The notes: generated by a model not told the origin, from the sequence alone. A DNA stretch of 61,705 bases, filler included, from Bipalium vagum (GCA_037834085.1; 3 parts of 3 records of this genome joined end to end with filler, not necessarily neighbours in it); one strand, 5' to 3'; numbered from the whole stretch's first letter, positions 26,230-40,018 are shown. Made by a program: numbers and translations.

Positions 26230-27860
26230 CATCGATTTTCTTTTAAGTCATACTTTTCTTATCTTCTCTTTTCTTAACTTTATCTTAAAATGTTCCAGAT
26301 GATCAATATTGCGATCTTCACAATTTTTAGTCTGAAATATAAAATGTTTAAGTATATTGAGATTGATTTTGGCTTGACGATCGTTATTTTTTCAGCTATT
26401 TTGTCATTAGCATCATCGTCAACTGTTTCACTTGAAATGCAACTGTGACTTTCTCTTACAACTTAATCAATTATACTTTCATCATTAGCTATTTGATATA
26501 CTTCATCTTCATTTGCAATGTTGATATAATCTTTCGTTTGATAATCAGAATTTGGAATCAGTGTTTTTATTAATGTATCTAAGACAGTTACATTACCATC
26601 TATTTTATTATCAATCTTAAAATTTGAATAACTGTCTTTAATTATTTTGTGTGTTTCCAACAATTAATGAAATTTGACCTTGAAACAATTTTCCATGATT
26701 CACGAATAAAATAAATTGTACCTTTCATTGAAATCGATTTAAAGAGATTAGTGATTTCGTGGTGTATTTCTCGTATTGACCTAAAATATAATTCATTTGC
26801 TGAACTCTATAGAGTGCTTTAAAAGATCGAATAACTTCAGCGTCTAGTGGTTGTAATATATCAGTGGTATTAAGTGGCAAAATTATAAATTCAACATTTT
26901 TCGATTTTTACGTGCAACATTTGTACCATTTTTCGATCAAAAAAATCAAAAATATATACATAAATTTCAAAAATTTAAAAATGAAGTAATATTAGAATTA
27001 GTTTTTATATAAAATTTTATTAAATTCAATCATCTAATAATTTTTTTAAACAAATAAGGTTCAATATTGTTACGTTGAGCTTGCACATTTGATCTGTAAT
27101 TAAATACTTGTTTATCGAAAATGAGAGTCCAACATCAGTAGATACCAGTGCAGTAATACTTTTAGGAGCTTATAGAATAGGTCTTTGTTTGATATCATAT
27201 ATTCAAGATTAAGTTCTTGACTAAAATCGTTTATTATTGTTGCTATCATCAAATGCCTTCTTCACATTCAAAAGAAAATTTCACTGCGAATCTTTCAGAG
27301 AAATGTGTTACCTTTAATAAAAGAATTAAGTATTAGTCTCCATCTTCATTATAATATTTTTGTATCAGGTTTTAATTTTTGAGTCAAATATTAAGCAAGG
27401 TGATTTGATCATGCATACATGCTTATCTTACTTAAATATATTATGATATTATAATCCATAATGAACAATTTAAACTTTTGAATACCACTAATAACAGTAA
27501 AAAGATTAACGACTTTCGTGGTTATGTTTTTTCTTTTTTATTTATAATTTTCTTAAAAAGTTCAAATAATTTTCTAAAAAAAACATTTTATTGGAGAAAC
27601 CGTCAATCAGTCTTTGACTTTTACAGAGGGAAGTCAAACGCTTTCCAAAACCTTTTAATATTCATCAATTCTCAAATTATATGTAGGAAATCCTGTTCCA
27701 AAATCTCATTAAAATAACATATTGCAATGTGGTGATTGGCATGGAAAGTAATACTCAATTGTTTCTCTCATTGAAGTTACGTTGTAGGAAAATTGTATGA
27801 TTTTCCCCTTTTTTATGATAAGATATTGATTTAACGCCTATCATTTCGTGAAAATGATTA
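26230..27860 (-). mobile_element. pogo/Tigger transposase remnant, interrupted
   Basis: KNVEFIILPLNTTDILQPLDAEVIRSFK (DDE_1 LPPNTT..LQPLD motif) near 26820-26900, SWKIVSRS.FINCW, and the acidic tail in ORF 26463-26663. Confidence 0.78.
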
Positions 27861-29038
27861 AGTAATTAAATATTATATTTTGTGAGGTTATAAAAGTACG
27901 AAGAACAAAAGACGATCTTTCTTTAGTTAGTTTTTAATTTTGTTATAAATATAAAATTATCAATAAATAATTTTTATTTTAATTTATTGGAAAATAAATT
28001 AAAACGCACTTCATAGTATTTTTATAATAAAACAAAAGAATAATAAAAATCCTCATTTTTTTTATTGGCCATGTAATAGATCCAAATTGCGCTTTTAAAT
28101 AGGCTAAACCATTTGTTATAGATCATTGTGCTTTCACATAAAGCATCAATAATCATATCTCTAGCCTCATTTGTTGTGTTTTACTATTAAAAGGCAAATA
28201 ATAATCAAAATATTATACGAATCTTTTATAATGTCATTTGAACTTTCGCTATTTATTTGAAATATTAAAACAAAAATAATTTTTATCTATACGTACATAT
28301 TAATTATCGATTATATTTAATAACAAATTTACTAGGTAATATATTACTAAATATTCATCTTTTCAAGTTGTAAATTTACTATCAATATAAACTCTTTCAT
28401 GTTGGCTGATTAAAATAGTTTGTTTTAATAAAGAATGATAATATTTTTATAAATATGTTAGAAAGGTAGAATTTACAAAAATAATGTTAATGATAAATTA
28501 ATTATATTTAGTTTTCTATCTTTCAAGATTATCTTTCCAAAAAAATATGACGACATGAAAAATTATTTGACGACCACCAGTGGATATGTTTCATTATGGC
28601 TTTTAGTTCAAAATGATTTGGCTTTCGATTTGTCTGGAAATCTAATTATTGTGAAATTAATGGGAATTTTGTTTCAATAAAGAATCATTTCTTCAATAGT
28701 AAAAGGAATGATTTTTTTAAAGACGGTGTCCGAACATTTGGAAACAGGTTAAAAATGACAAATTAAAACAATTCTCCTAAGTGTGAATGTATAGTTTTTA
28801 TAAGATGTATAATAAAAGGTGAAAAAAGTATTTATGTATTTATTTCATTTTTCGTAAAATTTTTATCTGTTTTATTATATTTGACTTTCTTTTCAAATAA
28901 GTAAAAATCTAACTTTTCGTAATGGTTTATATTTTAAGTTTCTATATATTAAAAATAATAATTGACCAATCATATTTTATCAAAATTTTAAAATTAATTA
29001 TTTAGATTTCTTAAATTTGTTTAATATTATTTAAAATA

Positions 29039-29241
29039 CTTACTCCAATCCATAAAAAATCCCGATTTGTTAATACAAAGAGTATTTATTTTATATTTAA
29101 ATTATACCAAGAATAAAACACATTTTTTACAAAGTTATTAATGACGAATGTTGTACATTAGCCATTCATCCTATCTGACTAATAATATCTTGCAATATTT
29201 TATGAAATAAAAATGGGGATTTTTTTATGAAATGGAGTAAG
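29039..29241. mobile_element. MITE with TACTCC...GGAGTA ends (~200 bp)
   Basis: TIRs CTTACTCCAATCCATAAAAAATCCC / GGGATTTTTTTATGAAATGGAGTAAG. Confidence 0.75.
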
Positions 29242-29339
29242 AATCTCCTTAACATAACATAATATATAAAGATGATTATACAATAACAAAATGATTCTTT
29301 ACAAAAGTAATAAATTCATCATTGGTATCTACAGGTTTG

Positions 29340-29858
29340 CCACCACCCCCTCAAAGAATAACATTTCTTTCCTCTGCTTATGACGGAATTATAACATTAT
29401 AACTGATGATTCGTGTGTACAGCAGCTGGAACGTGTAAAAAATACGCTCCTTCAAAATCGACTGACTTATAAACGCAAAAATAAGGCAGTGTTATTCCAC
29501 GTAACTGCAAAGCCAAACATCGCAAAAGTCACCCGTTAAAAATCCTTTAATTTCAATGCGAAGAGTTGCCTTATTCTTGATATTCTCCCGATATATCTTA
29601 GAACAATCTTTTTATTTTTAATCAATCTTTTCAAACAAAAGGCATTCCGGAATAAAGAAAAGATTAAATTAGAAGTTGGTAATTTTTAAAATTCTCAAAC
29701 AAAATTGTAAACTCTAATCTCCTTGGAAACGAAGCATGGATAGGAATGAGATTATTTTATTTTAAAAAAATGTATGTAGTTCCATTTATTACTATTAATC
29801 TTGGATTTTTAATATATATGACTTTATAAAAGGTACAAAGTTTCATGGTTATCTAATA
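29340..29858 (+). mobile_element. mariner 3' remnant
   Basis: QQLERVKNTL..KAVLFHVTAKPNIAK, YSPDI and a mariner-like end CATGGTTATCTAATA. Confidence 0.65.
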
Positions 29859-31569
29859 AAAATATTATGATCATTTCGGAAGATTATGAGGTATAATACA
29901 TGAATAGGTTTTCTCATAAAACTTCTTTATATTACTAGCAATAAATTACTTCTACATTGAAAAAATATTATTATATTACTTGTGTAAAAGAATTCACTAA
30001 GACAAAGACGATTATTATTTGTGTTATATTAAGAGGTTATTTTTATTTAAATATTATATTGTATTTTATGTTTTGAACAGTACTATAAATTAATAATAAT
30101 AATAATAATAAATAAAATAATAATTTTTTAATCTTATTATTATTATTATTATATTTTAAAAATATCATAAATATTGAATAAAATATTTACAGAAAAAAAA
30201 TTAAATTCCTCTTTATATATTTATAAATTTCATTTATGATATTACAACCTTTAATTTTGACTCATGTATTTTTACATATATTATTTTTGTTTTAAAATTA
30301 AAATAATAAATAAATAAATATAATATGTAATTTTACACTTACGTTTATATTTCATTGTAATACTTTTAATTTGTTTATACTTTGTTATCTTTGATAAAAA
30401 AAATTCCACGGAATTTTCGATATTTCGAATTGTGTTATTTAATTATTATTAAAATGAAATATCTTTTGAATAATATATCAAAACAATATCGAATTAGTAA
30501 AATGATATATTACTGGAAACATTTAGAAATTACTGCAAATATCACAGAAACTATTAGAAATATATTAAATATATATATACTTTTTTCCAGCGTTTTTAGA
30601 TATTTCTTTTGATAATACTGTAAATCGCGTTTTTTATAATAATTATTATAATATGTTTTGCCGCAGAAACATTTGTACATATTGAGAAAATGAAATTTGA
30701 TATTTCACACAATATGTTCTTATTGTTATTAATGTTATTATAATGTATGAATATATTTTACTGAATAATTCCAGTAAACGTGTGTTATAAAAATTCTATT
30801 ATGAAAATTTGGTTGTGGTTTTGCTCACTTCAAATAAATAAAAAATATAATATAAAAATATGAAAATATAATTATATAAAATAATTTTTTATAGAACTCA
30901 AAAACTTGATATAAATATTTGGAAATTTTGTTTTAATTTTGTAAGAAATCGGACACAGATTTCAGAGTGGTCATTATTTTCTCAAATTATCAATAAAACA
31001 TGTTTTATCATATTAATTAAACATTTACAATATTGTTTAGTTTTTATATCTCTTTTTCAGATGAAAATTTTTAATAATATTATTATTATTTTAAAAAATA
31101 AAATGTTTCAAATAAAAAAAATTTTTTCTTTGAAAAACAAAAATCTTATGACATTTGACGAAGCAAAATTAATTATTATTTAAACATTTTTTATATCAAA
31201 GAATAATCAATATTATCTCATTTAAACAAGCCTAACAATATAAATTGGATTATCTATAATTGAATTTTTTCAGAGTTTTGTTTTATTTTTTTCAGTTTAA
31301 TAAATAATATTCCATATAATAAATTTAAATCATATTGTTTTTATATTTATTCAATTTAAAACAAAAAAATATGAATAATTTGTTATTGATGAGAAAGTTA
31401 CCTCTTAATTTTTTCGTTATATATAATAGAATTAATTTAAACCAACAAAGATTGTTTTCAGTTATTGACTCAATATTCATTACAACAATCGATCAGTTTG
31501 GTTTGTTGGTAATTAATTTTACTAAATCAAATTATTGATTTAGATTTGAAATTTTATCAGAGAATACTA

Positions 31570-31870
31570 TACTATTACCATAAAGAGAATAATGTTCCAG
31601 TAATTATAAGAAAATTATGTACAGAAAAAAATATGTATGGAAAAAATTCAATAACCGAACGTCAATGACAAATTTGATTTTCTGTGATTCGTATGGAAAT
31701 TTAGATCTTTAAGATCATCCGCGTTCTTGGGTGCCAATTACATCTGATGACGATATTCTGAAGATTGTAGTTAGAGGTTAACGTTTAACAACTTGGAGTA
31801 TCGGAAATCTAAATCAATGTGTTCAATCATTCTAAACACTGGTTATTTCACAAACTAGGATATTTTAAGG
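31570..31870 (+). mobile_element. mariner 5' remnant
   Basis: MYGKNSITERQ..F..GNLDL*DHPRS..P..SDDDILK. Confidence 0.6.
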
Positions 31871-31950
31871 TTTTTTTATTTTAGAAAAATGATTGATTTT
31901 AATAATATAAATCATTATTAACATTTTTCACGGTTTGCTTATGTACTCCT

Positions 31951-32991
31951 AAGTGCTCCAACTAATTATTGCCGCACCTTGAACATATAATAAATCTTAA
32001 CTAATTTAAATTGAAATAATTTTTTTGATTATTGTATTATGCATGCAATATTTGTAAGATTTTAAAATACCTTTTGGCTAACTAATCAACTATTTACTTA
32101 ACATAAAACTGATTTGTTATTATAATATATCAGATAATAATTTCCAACTAATTGTTGCTGCACTAATTTAAAAATGAAATTATTTAAATCTAATTATATA
32201 AATTAAACGTTTGAAGATTAAATATTAAATGTAAGTACTTCTGTCGAATACTAAGATTTTATAAAAAAAAATTATTTAGTAAGATAAGTAAAATTAACCG
32301 ACACCGAGAAGGGAATGATCTATGTATACCACAACACCGGAAAATCGAACAGATGGATTGGTACTAATCTAAGGAAAAATGAAATTCCCTTTATGAATGA
32401 TTTGATGATGAATGAATGATGATTATGAATGACAAACCAATTTTCCAATAAAATAATTGTCGATGCCATGTTGCACGTTCAACTTCGCAATGGCTACAAG
32501 ACAGAAATATCGATGTTATGTCTTGGCCGCCATTTAATCAGACCTGAATCTCATGGAAAATCTCTGGGGGATACTAGCACGTCGGGTAAATACTAATGGG
32601 AAATAATATGAATCAATTTCAGAGCTGGAACGAGAGATAATTCGCTGTTGAGAAGAAATCGATAACAGCATCCTCCAAGCACTGGTAAATTCTATGCCAA
32701 ATAGAATTTATGAAGTGATTTATTCCCATAGAAGTTCAACTAAATATTAACAATCGAAAATGTATTTTTTTTATGATATACGTCTTTTGTAAATATGCGG
32801 CAATAAATTATTGGTATTTTTTATTAGTTTTTACTTTTTTTAAAATTATTTTTCAGTTTTTTTGTTAATATATATTAATATGATGAATATATTGTTATAT
32901 TACTTATATATAAATATTAATAACTTTGATAGCTTCAACATACAAAAAAATGTACATTTTCTTAGTGCGGCAATAACTAGTTGGAACACTG
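31951..32991 (+). mobile_element. Tc1 (DD34E) element with IR/DR-type ends, internally deleted
   Basis: Outer TIR AGTGCTCCAACTAATTATTGCCGCAC / GTGCGGCAATAACTAGTTGGAACACTG-TA. The same motif recurs internally at 32142-32163 and 32796-32814. Coding traces KLTDTEKGMI and WLQDRNIDVMSWP...LNLMENLWGILARRV. Confidence 0.88.
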
Positions 32992-33526
32992 TATTAAAAA
33001 TATTAATTAATTTAACTATTTTAAAATATAACGCTTAGTCCTTTTATGGAAAAATAATCGAAATGTTCTGTAGAATGCCAAATTTCAAATTTATTTAGAA
33101 GTGATCAGGTGTTGGAAACAAGTTTCTCAGTTCACCATTATTAAGAAAAGGATAAAAAATAGAGGAAAGTTTTAAAATTGAAAATGAACACAAAACAATT
33201 TAATCCTACCAACTTCGTTCTACTTTTACCAAGAATAATAATATTTAAAATTTCAAGAAATGTTTAAGGAATCAATCAATTTGTCAATGCCACATGACCC
33301 TCTAGAAGTAACCATTAATCTAAACAGTTACTGCAAAACCTAGCTCTACTGGTGACTAATAGTGAATAATTTATCGTTTACTGTTGATATCAAAATAAAG
33401 AAACAAAATTCTAAAAATGGCTCACTTTCAATACCCTTTCTCAGTTTTCATTTTAAATATCACAAATATAAATAGAATATAAAATAAACAATTTAAAAGT
33501 AAAAATATAACGATTTATGTTTCAAG

Positions 33527-33543
33527 AATGGCAACAGCTCTCA
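33527..33543 (+). CDS. candidate micro-exon, possibly first coding exon (MATAL, ends phase 1)
   Basis: TTTCAAG|AATGGCAACAGCTCTCA|GTAAGT. Consensus donor, ATG in A/G-rich context, frame-compatible with downstream phase-1 exons. Separated from them by an assembly gap. Confidence 0.4.
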
Positions 33544-34454
33544 GTAAGTTTAATTTAATTTAGATTAAAATAAGAATGTTTCGAGAGTAAGAGAATTTAT
33601 TAAAGTTTTATTTATTTTAATCTAAGTCTCCTTTAATTAGCATATAATATTTCATGACAGTAGATATTACTTATGATCCTTCACAATGACACTTATGGAA
33701 ATTATAATCTGTAAAAAGTGATTATTATGAAAATTTAATCAGGTCACAGTGCTTTCTGAGTATAATGGAAAATAAAAACGATCGACAAACTCAATAATTA
33801 TTCTTGATAAATTAATAAATGTGAACGATAAATAATATTAAATATATTGGACAATGGAATACATAAACGATCTATTAAAGATTTTATTTTCCCTTGCCAA
33901 ATATGATAATGGTTCAGTGGAGCGTAAAATGTTTATAAATTGCAGTTGGAAAATCAAGAAAAAGGAAAGATAACTTGTTTCAGCTTATACATTGCATTAT
34001 CTTTGTAAAAAAATAAAGAAAACTTTAATTTTAAAAAATTTAATTATTATTAAAATATATATTGAAATAATTGAACATTCTATGTACAAGGTGTTATCTA
34101 TTGATTTAATTCCTAATCGTAAAAGATACATGTTTATAACAAGATTAATTAATAAAATAATTAATAAATGGACCGTAAAACAGAAAAATAGTACAAGAAA
34201 TAAAATTAATTATTTAAATATAATATTATTAAAGTAAATATTTCAATAAAAATAATACAGTAAACACTCGACATGAGAAATAAATTTAGAACATATTTTT
34301 AAAATTAAATTTCTTATCCCAAAAAAATAGAAAAATTGAATATCAAAATAAACCTTTTCTCTCAAACACGCAGCCTAAGAGTTTATTTGATCGGAAGACT
34401 CTTGTTTTCAGGCCATCCCACTACAGCACTAAAATAATTAACAACCTTGTTGAT

Positions 34455-34774
34455 TGTAAGGATTAAATTTTAATTAATATTAAATAATAAATAATAATCA
34501 TAAATATTTTTAAAATAAATTTTAAAATAATATATAAAAATTTAATCATTAATGTAAAATGAGTTTTTTAATAATTTTAATAAATTTAAATCTTTTTTAA
34601 AAAATTAAATAATTAAATTAATTTTAAAAAAAGTTTTAGATAATTAATTTATTTAAATAAAGGATAAAAAGAGGACACGTATTAAAACTGTACAATTATT
34701 TTTTCGAATAAAAATTTTACAAAATCTTGAGTTTTTGAATCCTGAAATTTTGGATAACGTCGCGGTAACTAATA
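34455..34774 (+). mobile_element. solo-LTR-like repeat, copy 1
   Basis: 320 bp, starts TGT, ends AATA (AACA in copy 2), internal AATAAA. Flanks TTGAT/TTGGT resemble a 5-bp TSD with one mismatch. Aligns end to end with 55301-55624. Confidence 0.7.
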
Positions 34775-35159
34775 TTGGTACTTCTTCGTCATCATTATCA
34801 TTTGGAAGTTCATCCAAATTATCTGATATACCCAGTTTTTCAATGTCACTGTAAGTCTCACTAATTCGAAAACCCATTCCATGTAAAACGATTACTTTGG
34901 CAATTTAATTAACACTGTATGATGGGACGCTAATTATTTATCATATATAAAGTTTTATTCAAAGGTCCCGAATGATTTTAACTTTTAATATTTTTTTGTA
35001 TCAGAAAAAACTGGAAAAGTAATGTGAACCAAGAGAATATTATGATGCTCCACAAGAATTTTAACTCAGAAAATGCTAGAACAATTTTAGTTAGAATGTA
35101 TACTAGTGATATTGTATTAAGGGTTTGAATAAATTTCTGATATCTTTCCATAAAACCCT

Positions 35160-35690
35160 CAATTAAATAATATTCATTGCGAAGAATGGTGAACGTGGGA
35201 GGGTTGAATTACCTGGTCTGATCTTTTGGATCCATTTTTCATCGCCTGTCCCAGTGCGAAAGCAAAAATGTTTTTCGTTTTTGACTTTGAAACAAATACC
35301 ATACGTACGCAAACCACGTGCTGCGTTTCTCGGCTTTATATGGCACCAAATTCTCCGCTTTTTGATCATTCTATTGCTTGTAAATGTTTGGTAATTGTAG
35401 AGAGGTCTACTTCCAATGATGCCTAGATTTTTTCTTGTGTGTAGTACGAATCCTGACCGACGTAAGACATCATCATCAAACTTTTTGACCATCCAGAGTA
35501 TTCCCTGTCAATAATGTCAAAATCATCATTTTCAAATCGAAGGAATTATTGAAAGCATAGTTTTGATAAAGAATGACTCCAATTTGTTATAATAATTTGT
35601 TATTCAATTTTGCTTATTTATATATAATTGGTGACCTAAAAGTATCTGCAATTTTCGTCATAGATTGTTTTAATATGAATTAAATGGAAT
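35160..35690 (-). mobile_element. mariner remnant
   Basis: ORF 35163-35492 contains TGDEKWI. Upstream RFENDDFDIIDR... Confidence 0.8.
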
Positions 35691-35773
35691 TTAAAAAATC
35701 TTAATATTTAAAAAATTTTTAAAAATGCCAAAAAAAGTGATAAGAAAATAATTAATTATTATTGCAATAACTA

Positions 35774-37058
35774 ACGGGTGGCCAATAAAGAATGATAATT
35801 CTTTGAATGAAGTTTGACATCGACAGCATAATATTAAATTAACTCAATTAAAAGTATTTAATAAAGAATAAAACCAAAATTTATTTAATTAAAACAGTTT
35901 ATTATTAAACCTCCATTGTGCCTGTCTATGGCCAAAACTCTTTGTCGAAAGGAATCTGCAATTTCTGCAATTTTTTCTTTAATTTTTTCAATCAGTTTTG
36001 TGCGATTTTCAATTTTTTTTGTTTTTAGTCTCTTTGATACTTCATCCGAAAAGAAATAATCAAGAGGACTAAGATCTGGTGAATTTGGTGGCCAATGATT
36101 TGGAGCTATTATTGAAATACCGGTCTTTTTGATTGCCGCAATCGTTTCTTTGCTTCTGTGACAGCTAGCATTATTCTGCTGATATATGAAATCGCTTCCA
36201 ATGAGCTCCATTCCATTTTTTGCAACGACTGGAAGTACATTTGATATATAAAATCTTGTATCAAAAGATGTTTTTGTCGGTAAGAACACAGATGTCGTCC
36301 GACCCTGATATATCAGTCCAACCCATACTATCAATTTCAAAGGATATTTTCTCTTTTGGAAAAAGTCCATCTTTTAAATTTGCATCATTTCTATACACAG
36401 CATAAACGATGTCGCTGTATGGATTAAACTGACCATTTTCATCAAAAGATTTTTCTTCACTAAACATAATTGTATTCACTGCCTGTTTACTAAATCTTTT
36501 TCTTAACCAACATGAGCACGTTTTTCGTCTATTGATTTAACACTCAGATAGATAGGGAACTTTTATTTTCCTGTAACACTTAAATCCCAAGTTATTACAT
36601 ATAATATTTCCAATAGTTTTTCTTGAACATTTGAAATTTAAGACTAACTTTTTAGCTGATTTCTTTTTTTTGTTTGCTCTAAGGTTTCTGTTAATTTTTT
36701 TGATAAATGTTTTCGTTCTCAAGGTTCTTGGATGTCCAAGGAAATTTCGAGTAAGTTTTTTTCTCTCTTTTATTAGTTTAGTCCATCTATAAATAATTGA
36801 CTTAAGTACCATTTTTGCTACAGCTTCATAAATTTCTTCCGGTGTTTCCCCATTTTCATAATGGGTTTTTATCAAATTTCTTACACAGCTCTCATACGTC
36901 ATTATCTAAAAGAAAATATTGCTAAAAATAACCTATGTTTATTTTGCAAGATATTAAAAACCTTGGCAAAAATTAAATCAGTTAATAATTTAAATTCTAA
37001 TTTTTTAGTTTAAAAATAATGTGTTTAAACAATTTATCATTCTTTATTGGCCACTCGT
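35774..37058 (-). mobile_element. DD37D (maT-type) element, copy 2
   Basis: Same TIRs and TA flanks as 2405-3711 and colinear with it. Catalytic motifs decayed (SEEKSF, QQNNA). Frameshifts and a small 3' deletion. Confidence 0.93.
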
Positions 37059-37199
37059 TACAGTCAAGAATTTTTATATCCTTCAAAAAACAAGTTATAT
37101 TGCAAAATTTGTGACTGTTTCGTGATTCACGAAACAGAATAATATGTAGATGCTCATTGGAAAAGTTAAAAACATAAATTTATTGAATAGAATTTCGAT

Positions 37200-37740
37200 T
37201 CAGTAAGTTCCAAAAACATTTAACAAACATTTATAACAGGAGCTTATGATAAATGTCCTGAAGTTGCTGTCAAAGCACTGACACCTGCTAATATCCTCTT
37301 ATACAAATTAAATAATCCTGAAATAATTAAGATGTTCAGAAATTTTGGTAAACCTTCCATTTCTAAATCAAAGGCAAGGACATATTTATACTACAACGAT
37401 TGAAAGAGGAAAATATATCAAAATTAATAAATTATTTTAAGAAAGAAAAGTTTTGTTGGAAATTGACGAAACTGAAATTAAAGGAAAGAAATATGTAAAT
37501 ATATTCTCTCAAAGTTCTCAAAGTACGTTATTCTTTCATTTAACATGTCTTGAGTATTTAATTCATAATTGTTTCATGAGAATAAAGGCAAATTATGTTA
37601 ATGTTGATAATTGTATTTCTAGAAAGTTTGTAACGTAACATCTATTTTTTTAAATTTTAAATACCACTTTTTAATAATAAATGCCATTTTTTAAGTGCTA
37701 TTTTTAAGTTGCCAAAATTATTAATGGCATTATGAATTAC
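37200..37740 (+). mobile_element. CGGBP-like / hAT-related transposase remnant
   Basis: ALTPANILLYKLNNP..., LEIDETEIKGKKYVNI and FHLTCL, resembling CGGBP-family motifs ANIPLxKL, IDETTD..GR and HVTCLAH. Confidence 0.55.
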
Positions 37741-39070
37741 TAGATAAATGACATAAAAATATCAAAGTGTTATATATAGGGTGTAACATAATTCCCCGTG
37801 GAAAGTTTACTTAAATATCTCTCATTAAATCCAATCTATTGAAATTTCTATTTATATAATATTAAAGTATGTGAGTCTAAGTTTTGTTTTAAATTTTAAA
37901 ATTAGATTTAGCAAAAATAATTTTTACAGCAATGAGAACATTTTGCAAAAGCATTCCCCAAACCATTAATATTCCACATTGATATTGTCGCCTTACCCGA
38001 TTGAAATAAAATTTCTTTGGCTATATGTGAATCTAATATAAGTTAATTATAATATAATTTTTAATCCAGAAAAAAACATTTTACATCGGTGAATACAGTG
38101 TTTTCCCATGAAATATTTTTATGAATCCATGATGATATCAATTGAAATCTTAACTTTAAATGGGTAGCAGTTAGTACGATTTCTGTACCCCCTTTATATA
38201 TTTATATTCGCGAGCCTGTAACCAATTGTTCAAAGTTCTTCTTGAAACGTCCAATTGAGTACAATTTAATATTATATTTGAAGTTACTCTGACACCTTTG
38301 GAATTCTCGTTGCTGATTTCTTTTTATCGATCAGCGCTTTAATTTTTCTTAATTTTATGATCAAAATCGCTATAGAGCCATATGATTCTCCCATTTTATG
38401 TAAATTTTTAATCAACGATCTAATTTCTTCAGAATACACAATAAAAATTTTCTAAATAAGTATTTTATTATGAAAAACAATTTAGTGTATAAAAAACTTT
38501 ACCTATTTTTATTATTCAAAAATTTATTAATTGGGTTCATATTAAAACAAATTCATTAATTCAATAATATCATCAATATGTAACTTAGTACTTTACAATT
38601 GTAAATTAAGTATAAAATTAGTATGAAACGTTAAGTAAAATAAGTTGATTAAGAAATTTTGAAAAAAAATATTTCCACCAGTATATATTATTTATCGATA
38701 TATTATTTTACGAGTACTCCTAGTTTCACAGTGATATTGTCATAGTTGAATATACTTTTCATATTATATCCAAGCTTGCATTTTTATTAAAAATAAACAA
38801 CTAATTATAATTTTTTTGGAAAAATGTTAAAAATTTATTTATGTATATATCATTTATACTTTTAATTTATTGCATTTAGTAATATAAATATTACTTATCA
38901 TTCTTAACATCAAATCCCACGGTAAGGGGAAAATATTTTTTCGAAGACTTGGAATTACGAGAACAAAATATAAGTGGATTGAAATATTATTTATTTACTT
39001 ACCTTAGAGAAAAATATGTACTTTTCTAATATACAGAAGTTAAAATTCTGCATATTATTATTATTATTAT

Positions 39071-39170
39071 NNNNNNNNNNNNNNNNNNNNNNNNNNNNNN
39101 NNNNNNNNNNNNNNTTAATTAATTAANNNNNNNNNNNNNNNNNNNNNNNNNNNNNNNNNNNNNNNNNNNN
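39071..39170. other. assembly spacer: 44N + TTAATTAATTAA + 44N
   Basis: Identical in form to 18699-18798. Preceded by an (ATT)n run and followed by a mariner terminus (~39236-39263). Confidence 0.97.
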
Positions 39171-39632
39171 AACATATCATTGATTAAAACTGTTTTTATC
39201 AATAAAAATTTATGGTTTTCATTTCTTCTTAAAAAGCGCACGAACTTTGTTGCCAATCCAATATTTTAAAGACATATTCCGTAATTATTGATGTATATAT
39301 TTCGCACTTATCAATATTAACTTATTTCTATATTATCTTTCATTCTATTAATATACTTTTGACGTAACTTCATATGAATAAAAGCAATATAAAGATTATA
39401 TACAAAATAACTTAAAATAAATGAGATTTTTAAAAAATTTTAAACAACCTAATAATATTATTTCAACCATTGCTTATGTAAAATTTTAAACTATCAAATA
39501 TGGATGTCCGAAACATAATTGAGCCACTAATTTTCATGAGAAACTTTAAATTCAAGAAGTGTTAAGGCATAAGAAAATATGAACACCAAACAAATATTAA
39601 TTTGATATATTATTAATTTTTAATTATCATAC

Positions 39633-39665
<33 letters not shown>

Positions 39666-40018
39666 CTATTAATTAAATATTTTTATCTTTTTTTCATGAT
39701 TAGATTTATTTAATTATTCTAAATAATAATTAAAAAATAAAAATGGTTGAAGCAGATATTCACTTAAAATCCCCTTTTCGTTATGTGTTTTATTTTTGTT
39801 ACATTTTTATTCGAAAAACTGTTTACGGAAATAAATTAGGTGAATTTTTTGATATATATTAATGTAGCAATAATTATAATTAATAATTATTACATTTGCT
39901 TTATTGCCTCATTAAATTATTAACATTGTTAAAACGAACTAGGGTAATTTTTATTTAATGTTTAAAATTATTGAAATATATTTAAGGTGCTTTTTTAACC
40001 TTTGCTGAGTTCTTTCAG

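Noticed and set aside
30382-34237. I/K/N/L/F-rich short ORFs (30382, 31335, 33992; similarly 58258, 59868)
   Set aside because: Compositional artefacts of AT-rich DNA. Most start at non-ATG codons and none has a recognisable domain.
38880-38921. 42-nt AG/GTAAG-bounded segment with upstream TGC
   Set aside because: Stops in all three frames. At most a non-coding exon.
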